NCBI GenBank assembly: GCA_024276825.1
Contig: JAJRWI010000042.1
Coordinates: forward strand, 32,001-96,000
Length of the DNA: 64,000 bases
Direction: 5' to 3'
Source: an archaeon
GTDB taxonomy: Archaea > Asgardarchaeota > Thorarchaeia > Thorarchaeales > Thorarchaeaceae
Shown in pieces: positions 32,023 through 43,796 of the stretch (the first letter of the stretch is position 1; each line of letters opens with the position of its first letter). The notes below the pieces were generated by a model. The model saw only the letters and a list, made by a program, of their open reading frames with translations, had not been told where the DNA came from and did not search any database. A program made the position numbers and the translations under genes.

Positions 32023-34412
32023 ATGAGAGATGAGTCATTATTTTTTTTACTTGTGATATTGCTATCAAGCATAGCATTTATACCATTAGATACTGTAAGC
32101 AATGAAAACTCTTGTAAAGAAATACATGAATCATTCATGAATTCGGACCAATTCAGTTTGTCATCAGGTCCATTAGAGCGAACCATTCGTGTAGCACTTT
32201 ATTATGAGTTTAATTCCACCACACCATCATACACAATAGGATTCATGAATACAAACTATAGTATTATACAAAGTTTACTGACTTCTGTGGGGTTGCGCGT
32301 AGATGCATAGAGCTAGGACAGAGTTGGACACCAATCAAAAGAACATCTAATGATATACAGTAAAATTGAGGGGGGTCTAAATAGTTTCATCAGAGATCAA
32401 AGTCTGAAATGTGCCCAGTGCCGTTCTTGGGCGGACAGGACTGAGATGTCCAAGAAAGTCCAATTTACAATGAATGGTATTGATGAATGGGATCCAGCTA
32501 TTAGTACCTTCTTTAACTTCGCATCATATAGAGATGTATTAGTATCCAGAAGATATACATTCGACAAGCTTAGAGGTCCTTCACTCGGCAATTTGACAAC
32601 AGCTAATCTTGAACCATATGATATCCTTGTTGTTGTGCTTCCAAGCATTAACTTTACAGATAGTGAGATTATTGATGTGATGAATTGGGTAAGAAATGGA
32701 AGCGGATTGTTTGTCTTAGGAGACTGACATGCATTCACTGGTAATAAATATATCAACAGCCTACTTGCAGAAACTGGCTTGAGAAACAATATAACTGTCG
32801 ACGCAACTGGCACAATCAATAACTTTGCGGCGCATCGATTGTCAGAAGACGCTTACTTGATGGGCGCAGCATCGAGGAAGCCATAAATGCAACTGGTGAT
32901 GCTGGCATTTTTGCAAAGACTGACATTAGAGATGGAGTCGGAGCATACCAAGAGGTTGGAAATGGGAGTATAGTCTTGGTTTCAGACATTAATTTCTTTG
33001 ATGATGCAAGAATTAAATCTGATGATAATAAGATAGTTGCAGTGAATATTGCCAATTGGTTAGCTTCAGGTAGATCTGGGGTCTTGCTATTTGTAGACGA
33101 ACCAACTAGCGCAAACTACTATAGGACACAGGTAGCATCAGCATTTAATGAACTTGGGGTGAATTATTTCCACACATATACCTTTGACTATTTCAATCTC
33201 TTCTTGAAATTATGCCAATGGGACATGGTAATAATAGATGCTCAGTGGAAGACATTAACCACATGATATTGTGATCAGATTGCACAGTATGTCAAGTCGG
33301 GCGGAAAACTATTGATGTCGTTTTATAATGTTGATTATATGCCAGACCATGAATTATGGCCGCTTCTTGGATTTAGCCCTGCGTCAGATCTAACTACTGG
33401 CGTACCAGTCCAAATCTGGAACACTGAACATCTAATCTTCAACTTCCCAATCTCATATGGCGCTGATAATCTCACGCCGATTTATGATTATGGTGACGAG
33501 GGGGATGTTCTGAATGTGTATGATAATGCCACGGCATTAGCAGGTGTGACACTAACATTGGAGAGCAACGAGTCAATCATAGTATTGAGGAATAACAAGC
33601 AGACATTGTATAATGGATTTCTCATTGATGAGTTTAATCAAGATCTGGATGACCCCACATATCTCGACTCGTATGAACTATGGCTGAATGAGATTGCATT
33701 CATGTTGAGTCCAACGATTAACAGTCCAGAGGATATCACAATTGAATACGGAACTATCGGTGCTCATGTGACATAGACAGTTTCAGGCTATTTCCCTGCC
33801 ACTTATCGGCTTGAGAGAAATTCAATCTATTTTGGAAGCTCAACTCTGGACAGTAATCAGATATCTGTATCACTAAACGACTATCCAATAGAAACCTATG
33901 TCTTTGAGATCAGCGTAACAGAAACATTGGGATATATCGTCAATGACACAGTTGTGGTAACAGTCAGAGATACAACAGCACCCCTCTATCTAACAGGACC
34001 ATCTTCAATGGTTTACGAGGAGGGAACACAGACCTATATTGTGAACTGGACATTCTTTGATCTTCTCCCATATTTCTACACGCTATCTACGAATGGAACT
34101 CAGTATTATGGGGACACTTGGAATGGCTCAACTATTTCTATCAACCTTGGAGGTATGTCAATTGGTGTCTATAACCTCACTCTGGTGGTCAATGACACAT
34201 CGAGTAATCAAGCGAATTTCACTGGCTATCTGATAGTGACTGAGCCTTCAACAACCACAGGCACACCTACAACCACTGATACAACAATTACAACAGGTAC
34301 AACAACAACCACGCCTGCTCCGGATGAAAATAATAATACTCTGATAATTATTGCAGCCATTGCTGGAGTAGTGGTGGTAGTAGTCGTCATTCTGTTTACG
34401 AGAAGGAAATAA
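32023..34412 (+). pseudogene. Degraded cell-surface protein gene (signal peptide, DUF4350-like and Ig-like domains, Thr-rich linker, TM, RRK tail)
   Basis: Five collinear ORF fragments; in-frame stops at 32725, 33264, 33774, a frameshift near 32835-32880, and the dispersed element at 32292. Confidence 0.8.
32292..32467 (+). repeat. Dispersed ~175-bp element, copy B (inside pseudogene)
   Basis: GTTGCGCGTAGAT...AGAGTTGGACAC...AAATGTGCCCAGTGCCG...GGACAGGACT...GTCCAATTTA. Confidence 0.7.
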
Positions 34413-34430
34413 GCTTTGAAATCTAACATC

Positions 34431-34459
34431 GAGAACCTTGAGTCAAGGTTCTCTTTTTT
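34431..34459 (+). terminator. Intrinsic-type terminator
   Basis: GAGAACCTTG-AGT-CAAGGTTCTC followed by T tract. Confidence 0.75.
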
Positions 34460-34499
34460 CTAATTGAAAGAATCTCTCAATGTACAGTATTAGTCAACA

Positions 34500-35141
34500 T
34501 TAATTTCTCATTTCTATGATCTTGAGAATTTCATGCAGATCATGTTTTATGATGACATAATCAGCTGCTTTAGCAACTTCTTCATGTTCTGGCATGAATG
34601 CTATTGCAAGACCTACAACCCGAAAGGCACTAATATCATTTCTGCCATCACCAACATATGCAGTGTTTTCAAGAGGAATTTTGAAATCGTTGGCAATCTT
34701 TCTTATCTCTGCAGCCTTTTCTCCCCAGCCTACTAGTATCTCTACTTCGCCGGTGAGCCTTCCATCCATCACTTTCAATCTATTTGTAAGAACATAATCA
34801 ATGCCAAGGCGTTGGGCTATGTTATTGGCCATAATATCTAGACCTCCTGAGAGAATAGCAACATGTATCCCTCGTTTCTTGATCTCGGTGATTGCTTCTA
34901 ATGCACCTGGCACCAGTTCTGTTTCTCGTACCACTTCAAGCACTTCTTCAATAGGCCGGCCTTTCCATAATTCTGCATCAAGGCGAGCCCATTCCAGATA
35001 ATCAATCTCGCCCGCAAAATACTGATCATAGTATTTTCTGCCAAGGTCCTGAGTTCCAAAATGTTCATGAAGTCTCCACCAGATACTTGAATGCCTAGTG
35101 AGTGTGCCATCCACATCAAAGACTACTAACTTTATTGCCAT
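34500..35141 (-). CDS. HAD-IB phosphoserine phosphatase-like hydrolase
   Basis: FDVDGTL, ILSGG, K, YVGDGRND. Confidence 0.88.
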   Translation of the reverse strand: MAIKLVVFDVDGTLTRHSSIWWRLHEHFGTQDLGRKYYDQYFAGEIDYLEWARLDAELWKGRPIEEVLEVVRETELVPGALEAITEIKKRGIHVAILSGGLDIMANNIAQRLGIDYVLTNRLKVMDGRLTGEVEILVGWGEKAAEIRKIANDFKIPLENTAYVGDGRNDISAFRVVGLAIAFMPEHEEVAKAADYVIIKHDLHEILKIIEMRN

Positions 35142-35174
35142 CTGTGCATCACAGAAATAAAACGGATGAGTCTA

Positions 35175-35828
35175 TTATAACTGAATCTCTCTGGCACGTT
35201 CTTCACTTGTTTTTTGCTTGAGATCGCGCAGCATCTGCTCGATTATCGTGCTATCATCCAACTCATCAGATGTTGGGGGTGATGGATGGGAGGGAGAAGG
35301 AATGTTTTGTTCTCGTTCAACAATTATCTCGGCCTCAAGTGATTGCAGTTGCCTTTCAATAATCTCATCTTCATGATATGTTGAGGGCTGAGTGTTCAGA
35401 TTCTCAGAGAGTATATCGCCCGCCAGTTCTATCTCCTCAAAGGTTTCAGCAATTCTGTCTAGCTGACTTTGAATCTCAGTGGTGTCAATCATACTCTTGG
35501 CTTCCTCAAGGGCCTCATTAGCGAGCCTGAGAGCTCTCTGAACAGCAGACTGGTCTTGAGCCTCCTCTATCAATATCAAAGATGTTTCGAGTGTCAGTTT
35601 CTGCTGGTAGTAACGATCGCGCCGGCTTTCAAAATCAAGTGCTCTCTTGAGATGTAATTTTGCACGTTCGCGTCGTCCCTCAACCGCTGCGACCTTGGCT
35701 GCAGCATGTTCTTCCGTTATTAGGGACTCGAATTTTCGGACCTTCAATGTCAGTGCGTTAATAACAGTCTTAATCTCTATGATTCGCTGTTCTGCGTTGA
35801 TCTTCTTTCGTCCGCTTAGAAATCCCAT
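35175..35828 (-). CDS. ESCRT-III Snf7-family protein (Vps20/32/60-like)
   Basis: MGFLSGRKK leader; AK..G.RERAKLHLKR; LE..L..IE.A....V..AL..A..AL; IDTTEI...LD.I.E..E; acidic IERQLQSLEAE helix. Confidence 0.88.
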   Translation of the reverse strand: MGFLSGRKKINAEQRIIEIKTVINALTLKVRKFESLITEEHAAAKVAAVEGRRERAKLHLKRALDFESRRDRYYQQKLTLETSLILIEEAQDQSAVQRALRLANEALEEAKSMIDTTEIQSQLDRIAETFEEIELAGDILSENLNTQPSTYHEDEIIERQLQSLEAEIIVEREQNIPSPSHPSPPTSDELDDSTIIEQMLRDLKQKTSEERAREIQL

Positions 35829-35886
35829 TCAAGTCACCAAAGCGCTCTGTTTCATATTCATCACCATCAATGTTGCTTTTAATAGC

Positions 35887-35950
35887 TGGTAATACATTTG
35901 AGATGGAATATTATTTGTGGTAATACATTTGAAGGCTATCCATTTCAAAT
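35887..35950. promoter_or_regulatory. 15-bp direct repeat plus overlapping inverted repeat in divergent promoter region
   Basis: TGGTAATACATTTGA at 35887 and 35918; ATTTGAGATGGA / TCCATTTCAAAT. Confidence 0.55.
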
Positions 35951-36045
35951 TGAGGAGAATTTCGAAAATTGCGTTAGGTGTGAAACTTATTTACTGCGAT
36001 TTTTGGGTTAACAGCAAGACTTGCTACTGAAAGGTTGAGTGTGCT

Positions 36046-36678
36046 ATGGAAGCAAAGCAGCTTATCGGGATAGTCTTGGTTGTATCAACACTTATCATAG
36101 GGATGTCAGCCTATGTGGCACTGAATATGCCATCCATTAATCAAAACAACAACGACACAGATGAGACTACATTGACAACAACCACGACTAATCAAGAGAA
36201 CCCATTAATAATATTCAGGGATCAGGACCTGCTGGAATATAATATTACAATGCCGGACACATTGATGAAACTGGTAGATGGCAGAAATATCACGATTTCA
36301 GACCTTAAAGGCGAGTGGGTATTGATTGATTTCTTTGCGACTTGGTGCCCTGCCTGTGAATACTTTAATGGAGAGCTCAAGAAACTTGTTAATAAATGGA
36401 CTGACAACATTACAGTGATCGGACTCACAGTCAATATGGGTGACACCTTCGAAAAGCTTGAAGAATACATAACTGAACATGAAATAACCTGGACACTCGG
36501 TCAGGACTACGGTGAGGACTGGGAAAACACTGCTGCTGATTTCATAGGAGTCAGATATATTCCAACACCTATAGTGATTGATCCTGCAGGTAGACTAAGA
36601 TATGTTCATGAAGGCGCATGGCGCTTCGTAGAGATGGAACCTATTCTACAGGAATTAGTAAGTAATACTCCCCTGTAG
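36046..36678 (+). CDS. Membrane-anchored TlpA/ResA-like thiol-disulfide oxidoreductase
   Basis: N-terminal TM, LIDFFATWCPAC, YIPT..ID..G. Confidence 0.9.
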   Translation: MEAKQLIGIVLVVSTLIIGMSAYVALNMPSINQNNNDTDETTLTTTTTNQENPLIIFRDQDLLEYNITMPDTLMKLVDGRNITISDLKGEWVLIDFFATWCPACEYFNGELKKLVNKWTDNITVIGLTVNMGDTFEKLEEYITEHEITWTLGQDYGEDWENTAADFIGVRYIPTPIVIDPAGRLRYVHEGAWRFVEMEPILQELVSNTPL

Positions 36679-36707
36679 ACTGATGCCTAAGGGGCCTGCA
36701 AAGAACA

Positions 36708-37388
36708 ATGATCATCGAACAACTCGTACAACTAGCAACAGCTCTGGGAATGGGGTTGTATATCGCAACATCACCCTGTATTTTTCCCTTGTTGCCTTTG
36801 TTTCTCATCAGAAGCTTGCAATCGGAGGGAAGCCGAAAGAAGAGCCTGTTGATCACTCTCGTCTTGTGTTTTGGCATTCTGTTGTCTCTTGCAATTTTCA
36901 TCGCAATTGCGAGTGTTATTGGGCTCCTCATAATGAGATATTATGATGTCATCCAAGGAGTGCTTGGCATAATTGTGATATTTCTTGGAATTCTCACCAT
37001 GTCTCAAAAGCTGAGAAACAAATTGGGGATCTCAAGGCTTAAAATGAGGGACCCGGGTGAGCCGAGAGGTCTAGTGAGTGTCTTTGTAATGGGTTTTGGC
37101 TATTCGTTGATTGCCGCTCCATGTACAGGACCAGTGATACTTTCGATACCTTTCGTTTTTGGTGCGGTGACTGAGCCAATTGTCATTCTTTTGATGTTTC
37201 TCGTGCTCTGTATTGGAGTACTAATTCCATACCTGATAATTGCACTGGTCACCGGAGAGGCAAGACAGAGAATGATCACAACGATGTCATCATCAGCTCA
37301 CAAGCTTGAAATAATCGTTGGAATACTGCTAGTGATCGTGGGAATGTTTCTTGCCTTACCATGGTTGACAGGTCTGTTTACCACTTAG
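36708..37388 (+). CDS. ccdA: CcdA/DsbD-type transmembrane electron transporter
   Basis: SPCIFPLLP and APCTGPVI motifs, about 6 TM. Confidence 0.9.
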   Translation: MIIEQLVQLATALGMGLYIATSPCIFPLLPLFLIRSLQSEGSRKKSLLITLVLCFGILLSLAIFIAIASVIGLLIMRYYDVIQGVLGIIVIFLGILTMSQKLRNKLGISRLKMRDPGEPRGLVSVFVMGFGYSLIAAPCTGPVILSIPFVFGAVTEPIVILLMFLVLCIGVLIPYLIIALVTGEARQRMITTMSSSAHKLEIIVGILLVIVGMFLALPWLTGLFTT

Positions 37389-37424
37389 AAGTATTAAAAT
37401 GAGAATCCAGTGGTTTCAAAACAC

Positions 37425-38237
37425 ATGACACTGGAGAGGACACTCAGAAAGGCAATAGCTGCCGGAAAGAGGGTGATATTGGAGAATCTTGATGTGTCTT
37501 CTGATGTCACTGGTGAAACAAATGCCTTCGGCGACTCTATGCTTGTTCTTGACACGAGGGCTGAGGAAGAGATCATCTCGGTTCTTAATGAGTCATCTCA
37601 CTCGTTTGCAATAATGAGTGAAGAGATTGGAACAATCATGCCCGAGGACAGACCTGAATTCATCGCATTGATAGATCCTCTTGATGGCTCCTCAAACCTC
37701 AAGAGGGGTATCCCACTATGTTCAGTGGGCATAGCTGTTGCTTCGTATCACGAAAGGCTTACGACCAATGATATCGAAATGAGTATGATCGAGTCCATCT
37801 TTACTGATGAGCTGTATTTTGCAAGAACAGGCAAGGGTGCGACAAGAAATGGAAAGAACATCAGGGTTTCTAAAGTCAAGGATCCCGAGATTGCGATAAT
37901 ATCCTATGACACAAAGAAGAGCTGGAGTGGAGAATTCGGAGGGGGCTCATATAGAACAATGATCGGAGTCTATGATATGAGAAGGACGGGCAGTAATCTG
38001 CTAGATCTGTGCTGGACCGCCTCGGGAGGCCTTGATGCAATGGTCGACCTCAGGGATATTCTGCCAATCATTCATGCCAGCGGGACTCATATTGTTCAAC
38101 AGGCAGGAGGAGTGGTCCTTGATAAGAGTGGGAACGAGTGGGTGGTACCACTTGATTTCGAGCAACGGATGAGCTTCGTGGCTGCAGGCACATACGATTT
38201 GGCACAAAGTATAATTGAGGCCTTCAATGGAGAATAA
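37425..38237 (+). CDS. Inositol monophosphatase / FBPase-IMPase family
   Basis: SEE.G, IDPLDGSSN, RRTGS..LDLCW.A.G..D. Confidence 0.88.
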   Translation: MTLERTLRKAIAAGKRVILENLDVSSDVTGETNAFGDSMLVLDTRAEEEIISVLNESSHSFAIMSEEIGTIMPEDRPEFIALIDPLDGSSNLKRGIPLCSVGIAVASYHERLTTNDIEMSMIESIFTDELYFARTGKGATRNGKNIRVSKVKDPEIAIISYDTKKSWSGEFGGGSYRTMIGVYDMRRTGSNLLDLCWTASGGLDAMVDLRDILPIIHASGTHIVQQAGGVVLDKSGNEWVVPLDFEQRMSFVAAGTYDLAQSIIEAFNGE

Positions 38238-38247
38238 AAAGGGAGGG

Positions 38248-38266
38248 CCCCATGCAGAGCATGGGG
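38248..38266 (-). terminator. Hairpin terminator between convergent genes
   Basis: CCCCATGC-AGA-GCATGGGG, followed on minus strand by CCCTTTTT. Confidence 0.65.
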
Positions 38267-38273
38267 ACTATGC

Positions 38274-41200
38274 TCAACTGCTGGAACTTCTTGATCTCCT
38301 TAACACCAGGATTATGATTATCACAACTATGCCCACCAAAGCTCCCGCTATGATTATCATAGTTGGATCAAACCCACCGCCAATGGGTGAAGTGGTGGTG
38401 CTAGGCGGAGAAGTTGTGGTTGTAGTAGTGGTAGTCGTGGTAGTGGTTGTAGTAGTGGTTGTAGTAATGATAGACTCCGAAGTCACAGTGACAATTACTG
38501 TCGACGAGTTCACATGCCCAGTTTCATCATAGACTACTATTGTGTAGTTGTATATGCCCACATCAAGTTCATCCAGACTCAATGTGATCTCATTGTTTCC
38601 TGGCCCCCAGAATCGTGGAGAGTCATAAATGGATGTTCCATTGACAAGGACATCATAGGTGGATGGATAAGCATCATCCAATGTCCAAGTGATCTCGACT
38701 CCTGTGGTACCAACCACAAAGTTGAGCGAACTAGGCCCAGTAATCGTCGGTGCATGACTGTCAACCTTGTATGAGAATGTCTTTGAACTCCATAGTCCTG
38801 CGGAGTCTTGAGCATAGACATACAGCACGCGATCACCATCAGCATCGACTACAGGAACCTGATAGGAGGGCCCAGTGAGTGTGCTATTAGATGTCTGAGA
38901 GTCCCAGCGATATAGCACTTGGGCAAGGCCATTCGAGTCTGTGATGTCAAGAATGATGTTCATCGAGTTGTCAACAAAGGTGTTCTCTAATGGCGTAGTG
39001 AGTGTGATCGCAGGCGGCGTTGCATCGAGAGTGAAGACATAGGTCGCAGTTTGCGAGTTTCCAGCAGTGTCATTTGCAAAGACAAAGAGTATATGTTCGC
39101 CATCAGAGCCTGTCAGAGTTGTCATGTAGGGGGCATTCCAAGCTTGCAGAGTGCCGCCATCCCAGGCATACATCACTGTATCAATATCAGGGGCATCAAT
39201 GTCCACATCAATTGTGGTGCCGTCCTGTTGAAGTGTGTTATTATTGGGTGATACCAGGGTGATGTCAGGTGGAGTACCATCCAGCTGAAAGACAAACGTT
39301 TCAACGGCGAGGTTTCCTGCAGAGTCATTGGCAAAGACTTCGACGATATATTGTCCATCTGAGCCAGACAATTGAAGATCGTAGGGACTGTCAAGTGTCA
39401 TATTGGCACCACCATTGAGATTGTACCAAGCGTAGGCAACCTCATCCTCGTGATCAGTAATCTCAAAATCAATCATTATAGTTGGGTTGACCAGTGAACC
39501 ATTTGCAGGAGAGTTCAAGGCGACATTGGGTTCAACAGTGTCCCTCATCAGCTGACAGACAAAGGCATCTTGAGATCCTCCAAGGTCTGAGTCGAATGCA
39601 TTATTGAGTGGAAAGTCGCTCGATTTTGTTGTTCCAACAACAAAAATAGTCGAGTTACCTGACACATCTATGCCATTTCCGTAATCGTAGCTGGAACCGC
39701 CAAGATAGGTGCTCATCTCAAGAGAGCCAGTTCTGTTAAAACAGGCGACTCCAGCTTCAGGATTAGAATATGTGATATCAATGGGATCCATCAATGGCAA
39801 GTCATTGCTGCCCGCATTCAATGAGATAAGGATCGAGTTGTCAGGACCAAGAGAGACCTTTGTGTTGCTCTCACCGTAAAGGCCACCAAAGTATGTGCTC
39901 CAGTTCAATGTGGTCATTACTAAATTGTAGCGAGTTATGAACACATCATAGTTTCCGGCATTCGCTTCTTGGTACGCATCTCTCGTTGGAAAGTCTGTAG
40001 ACAATGTATTTCCAACAGCCACAGCGTATCCTTGAGAATCAACATCAATTCCAGACCCGAATTCATAGGATGAACCGCCCAAGTAGGTAGAATATCTTAT
40101 GGACCCATTTGGCAAGAATGAACTAACAAAAGCGTCCTGACTTCCTCCAAGGGTCGAGTCATTTGCCAGATATGTCGGAAAGTTGGCAGACCATGTAGTT
40201 CCCACAACATATATGTCATCAAAGCCATCCACTGCCACATCGTTTGCTTCATCAGAGTGAAGGAAATCACTCGAAAGACCATTGCCGCCAAGATATGTAG
40301 AGAAATTCAGTGTACTGGTCATCCCATTGAATCTGGTCACAAATGCATCCCAATAGCCACCAAATGAGCTCTGGTAAGCATTCAACGTGGGTATTCCTGT
40401 TGTGACACCTGTGATCACAACATCACCATTTGACAACAGAGCAATTCCGCGGGCCTCAGTGTCTGATGTCCCAAAGAGTGTGCTATAATCAAGTCCAGTG
40501 CCTGTGGAGTTCAGTCTGAACCAGAAGGCATCATAGGACGAGGCTATTGTCGAGTCGTAGGCGTTCACGAGTGGAAAGTCTGTCGAGTATGTCAGACCAC
40601 ACACGTAAACATTGCCGCCTTCATCAACAACAATGGACAGACCACGGTCATTTGAACTTCCACCCACATAGGTCGAATAAATTATCTCCCCTGTGTATGG
40701 ATTGATTTTCGTAACGAATATATCCTCACCCCCATTTGAAGAGGTGTTATATCCATTCGCAGGAAAGTTGGTGCTTGATGTGTAGCCAGTGATATAGATA
40801 TAGCCGCTTGAATCAACAGCAATATCCATTCCTGCATCCTCAAGCGAGCCACCCAAATAACTGCTAAGCGGCATCGAGTAAGATCTCACCACAATGAACC
40901 GAAACTCTGCTTCAGCAAGGTTCCCAGCACTGTCATTTGCCATCACACATAGCGTGATCCAGCCAGAGGTCATGGGTATCACTGCTTGATATGAGGAGAA
41001 CCATTCAGTATAATCAGCTTCCGTGGACCAGCGATAGAACGTGCGGTGTAGATGAGTGTCAGTAATATTGAGTGTAATCCAAGTTCCGGGATATTGTTCA
41101 CTCATATCAGAGGGTGTCAGCAAATTGATGTCAGGAGGGGTGTCATCGACAGTAAAGACGAAATGTGCAAGGTCCTCATTTCCAACTGTGTCATTGGCAT

Positions 41201-43488
41201 AAATGTAAAGGTGATGAATCCCCTCACCTGGAACCATGGTGACATAGTATGGACTTGCAAGCGTTGCATTTGAGCCGCCATCAAACCGATACTGGACAAC
41301 ATCAACCCCTGCATATTCATCAGACACATTAAGATAGATACGAGTAGATGATTGAACCACCGAGTCATTTGCAATTCCGAAGAGCGCAATCTCTGGTGCT
41401 ATAGTGTCATTTGTGAACTGGGTTATGAAGCAGTCATAGTTTCCATTAGGTGTATTGTCGAAGGCATTTCTTGTCACAAAGTTTGAAGACCCTGTTTGCC
41501 CTGCTACAGTGATGTTCCCATCGGATGACACTGCAAGTTCATATGCATTATCTGGACCACCCCCTCCAAGATACGTACTGAATATTAGACCAGATCCATC
41601 ACTCTTGAACACTGTCACTACAGCCTCACTACTAGCTGAGTACTGAGCTTGTGTCGCCAGAAGCACGGGATAGTTTGAACTCAATGAGTATCCAGTGAGA
41701 TAGACCTTGCCGTAGGTGTCAACATCAACGTCATACATGCAATCATCATCAGACCCGCCAAGATAGGTAGAGAACGCAATTGATGCACCAGAGGGGTTGA
41801 GCTTTAGTAGAAATCCATCCATATTTCCTCCTAGCGTTGTGTCATAGGCTGACACTGTATTCATGTCAGATGAGGCTGTATTACCAGTCACATAAATTGA
41901 CCCAGATGAATCAACTCTGATCCCATAGCCATGTTCGACAGCACTGCCGCCCCAATAAGTGGAAAAGACTAAAGAAGACCCGTCATTTGTGAATTCCATG
42001 ACGAATGCATCAAAAAGGTCGGTATTGGGATCAACTGCATTTTTGAGCGGGAAGGACCCTCTCGTGTAGCCCGTGAGATAGATGTTATAATTAGAATCAA
42101 TGTCTACATCATAGGCAATATCATCAGCTGAACTTCCCATATAGGTTGAGAAAACAAGACCATTTCCTGTTGAGTTAAAGACAGTCAGAAATGCGTCAAG
42201 ATTGCCAGCATTTGAACTCTGATAGGCATTGAGAATGTCAAAGTCGGAAGAGTCAGTTTCGCCAACAATTATGCACTCGCCGGTTGAGTTCAATGCGATG
42301 CTATGTGCCCATTCATCGCCAGAGCCACCAAAGTAAGTCGAGAAAATAAGGTCAGTTCCTGCAGAGTTCAATTTGAAGAAGAAAGCATCGTATGACCCCG
42401 ATCTACTGGATTGAAACTCATTCACCAGTGGAAAGTTTAGGCTCGAAGTCCTACCAACAACATAGACATTGCCACTACTATCCACCGTAATCGAACCGAT
42501 GTCTTCAAAGTACGATCCGCCCACAAATGTACTATATATCAGAGTCTTATTAGATGCAAATTTCATCACGAAGATATCCGAATTTGAGAGGGTCGAATCA
42601 TAGGCATCCTTCAATGGGAAGTCACTGGATGATGTTGAACCTGCAAGATATATATTCCCGGTCGAGTCAATGGCAATGCGAGCCTGAGTATCAACGCTTG
42701 AACCACCCACATAAGTAGAAAATGCAACTGCAAGTGGATCGATAATAAGAGTTCTAGACGCATCATATTGAGATACCTCAATCCCATAGACACTTGGACC
42801 AATCATCCTGAATTGAGAGTCGACCAGTCCATTTTGAAAAACCATCAGGTCGCGTTCTGAGAATACATCAATCCCACCAATTTTGGCATATATCACTGAA
42901 TCATGAACCTCAATTGTGGCACCCACAACTTCAATATGAATCTGTGAGGGATCGGCATAGGGGTGCACAATGTATTCACTCTTGAGTCCTGAGGGGGACA
43001 TGAAATATCTCAAATCGATTCCTGGATACAAGTTGTAGAACCAGATCTCATCATAGGTGGGAATATTGCATAGTTGAAGATCACCGATGATGTAGTTCAC
43101 AACATGCATCTTTTTCTTAAAGCCCTGTGGAATGACCTCGTTCGATCCCATAAATTCAATTACAGTATGGAGATTATTTCCATGGGAGTCTCGACTAATG
43201 TATATCACACTCGACTTTGAGAACCCCACAGATATTGAGCTTGATGACAGATAGTAATAAACAGTGTCATTCCGCAACTGTCCTTGATTCTCTATGAATC
43301 CGCCAAATTGGGCAGTCAGAGATGATGGACTCAAAGGTAATTCACTTTGAGCTTTGAATTTAGCATTCTGAAACGGCAATGGCTTCTGCTTAGATCGAGC
43401 CATTTGATTATCATAAAATGATAATGCAATTGCCAAACTTTGAAATATCAAAACTAGCATTAGCATAATGGCAAGATTTTTTTTTCAT
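38274..43488 (-). CDS. Giant surface protein: two SBBP beta-propellers, Ig-like repeats, Thr-rich linker, C-terminal TM; natural start (43488) out of frame at an A9 tract
   Basis: FIENQGQ N-domain; many (F/Y)ST(Y/F)(L/V/F)GG..D...I.VD..G..Y..G.T.S.DFP repeats; (F/Y)ANDSAGN Ig repeats; in-frame ORF 38274-43466. Confidence 0.9.
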
Positions 43489-43796
43489 AAAATCAACTCC
43501 TGCATCATGGACACATTAATGGCAGACCAGGGATTTGCCAATATTAATATTTTATGCGATTACTAATCCAAAAAATATTAATGATGATTAATTATACTTC
43601 TGATTTCAATGAATAATGGACTTTTATAAATATATGATAATGGAAATGTTTCCAAATATCTAAAATATTAGTAATCTATTAATACGAATCATAATTCAGA
43701 AATTCTTGTATGGTAATTTAGCCACATCTGACATTTTAAATGTGATAGTTGATGAATATCAATTGTTAATTATAGTTTATTTTCAAGGTGTAATCG

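Noticed and set aside
32350-32467. LKCAQCRSWADR as a TnpB zinc-ribbon remnant
   Set aside because: Reading frame is not conserved across the three element copies and no RuvC motifs are nearby.
32725-33776. Stop-codon recoding (Sec, Pyl or TGA=Trp) in the surface gene
   Set aside because: Stops are mixed TGA and TAG, the gene also has a frameshift and an insertion, and TGA/TAG terminate many intact genes here.
35887-35932. Direct repeat as a mini-CRISPR
   Set aside because: Only two 15-bp units with a 16-bp spacer and no cas genes; fits an operator better.
38390-38470. GTA/GTG/GTT tandem repeat
   Set aside because: Encodes the Thr-rich linker of the surface protein; the poly-Val plus-strand ORF 38215-38532 is its shadow.
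43500-43790. AT-rich stretch (also 59712-59930) as a replication origin
   Set aside because: No ORB-like repeats or cdc6/orc1 nearby; explained as promoter regions.
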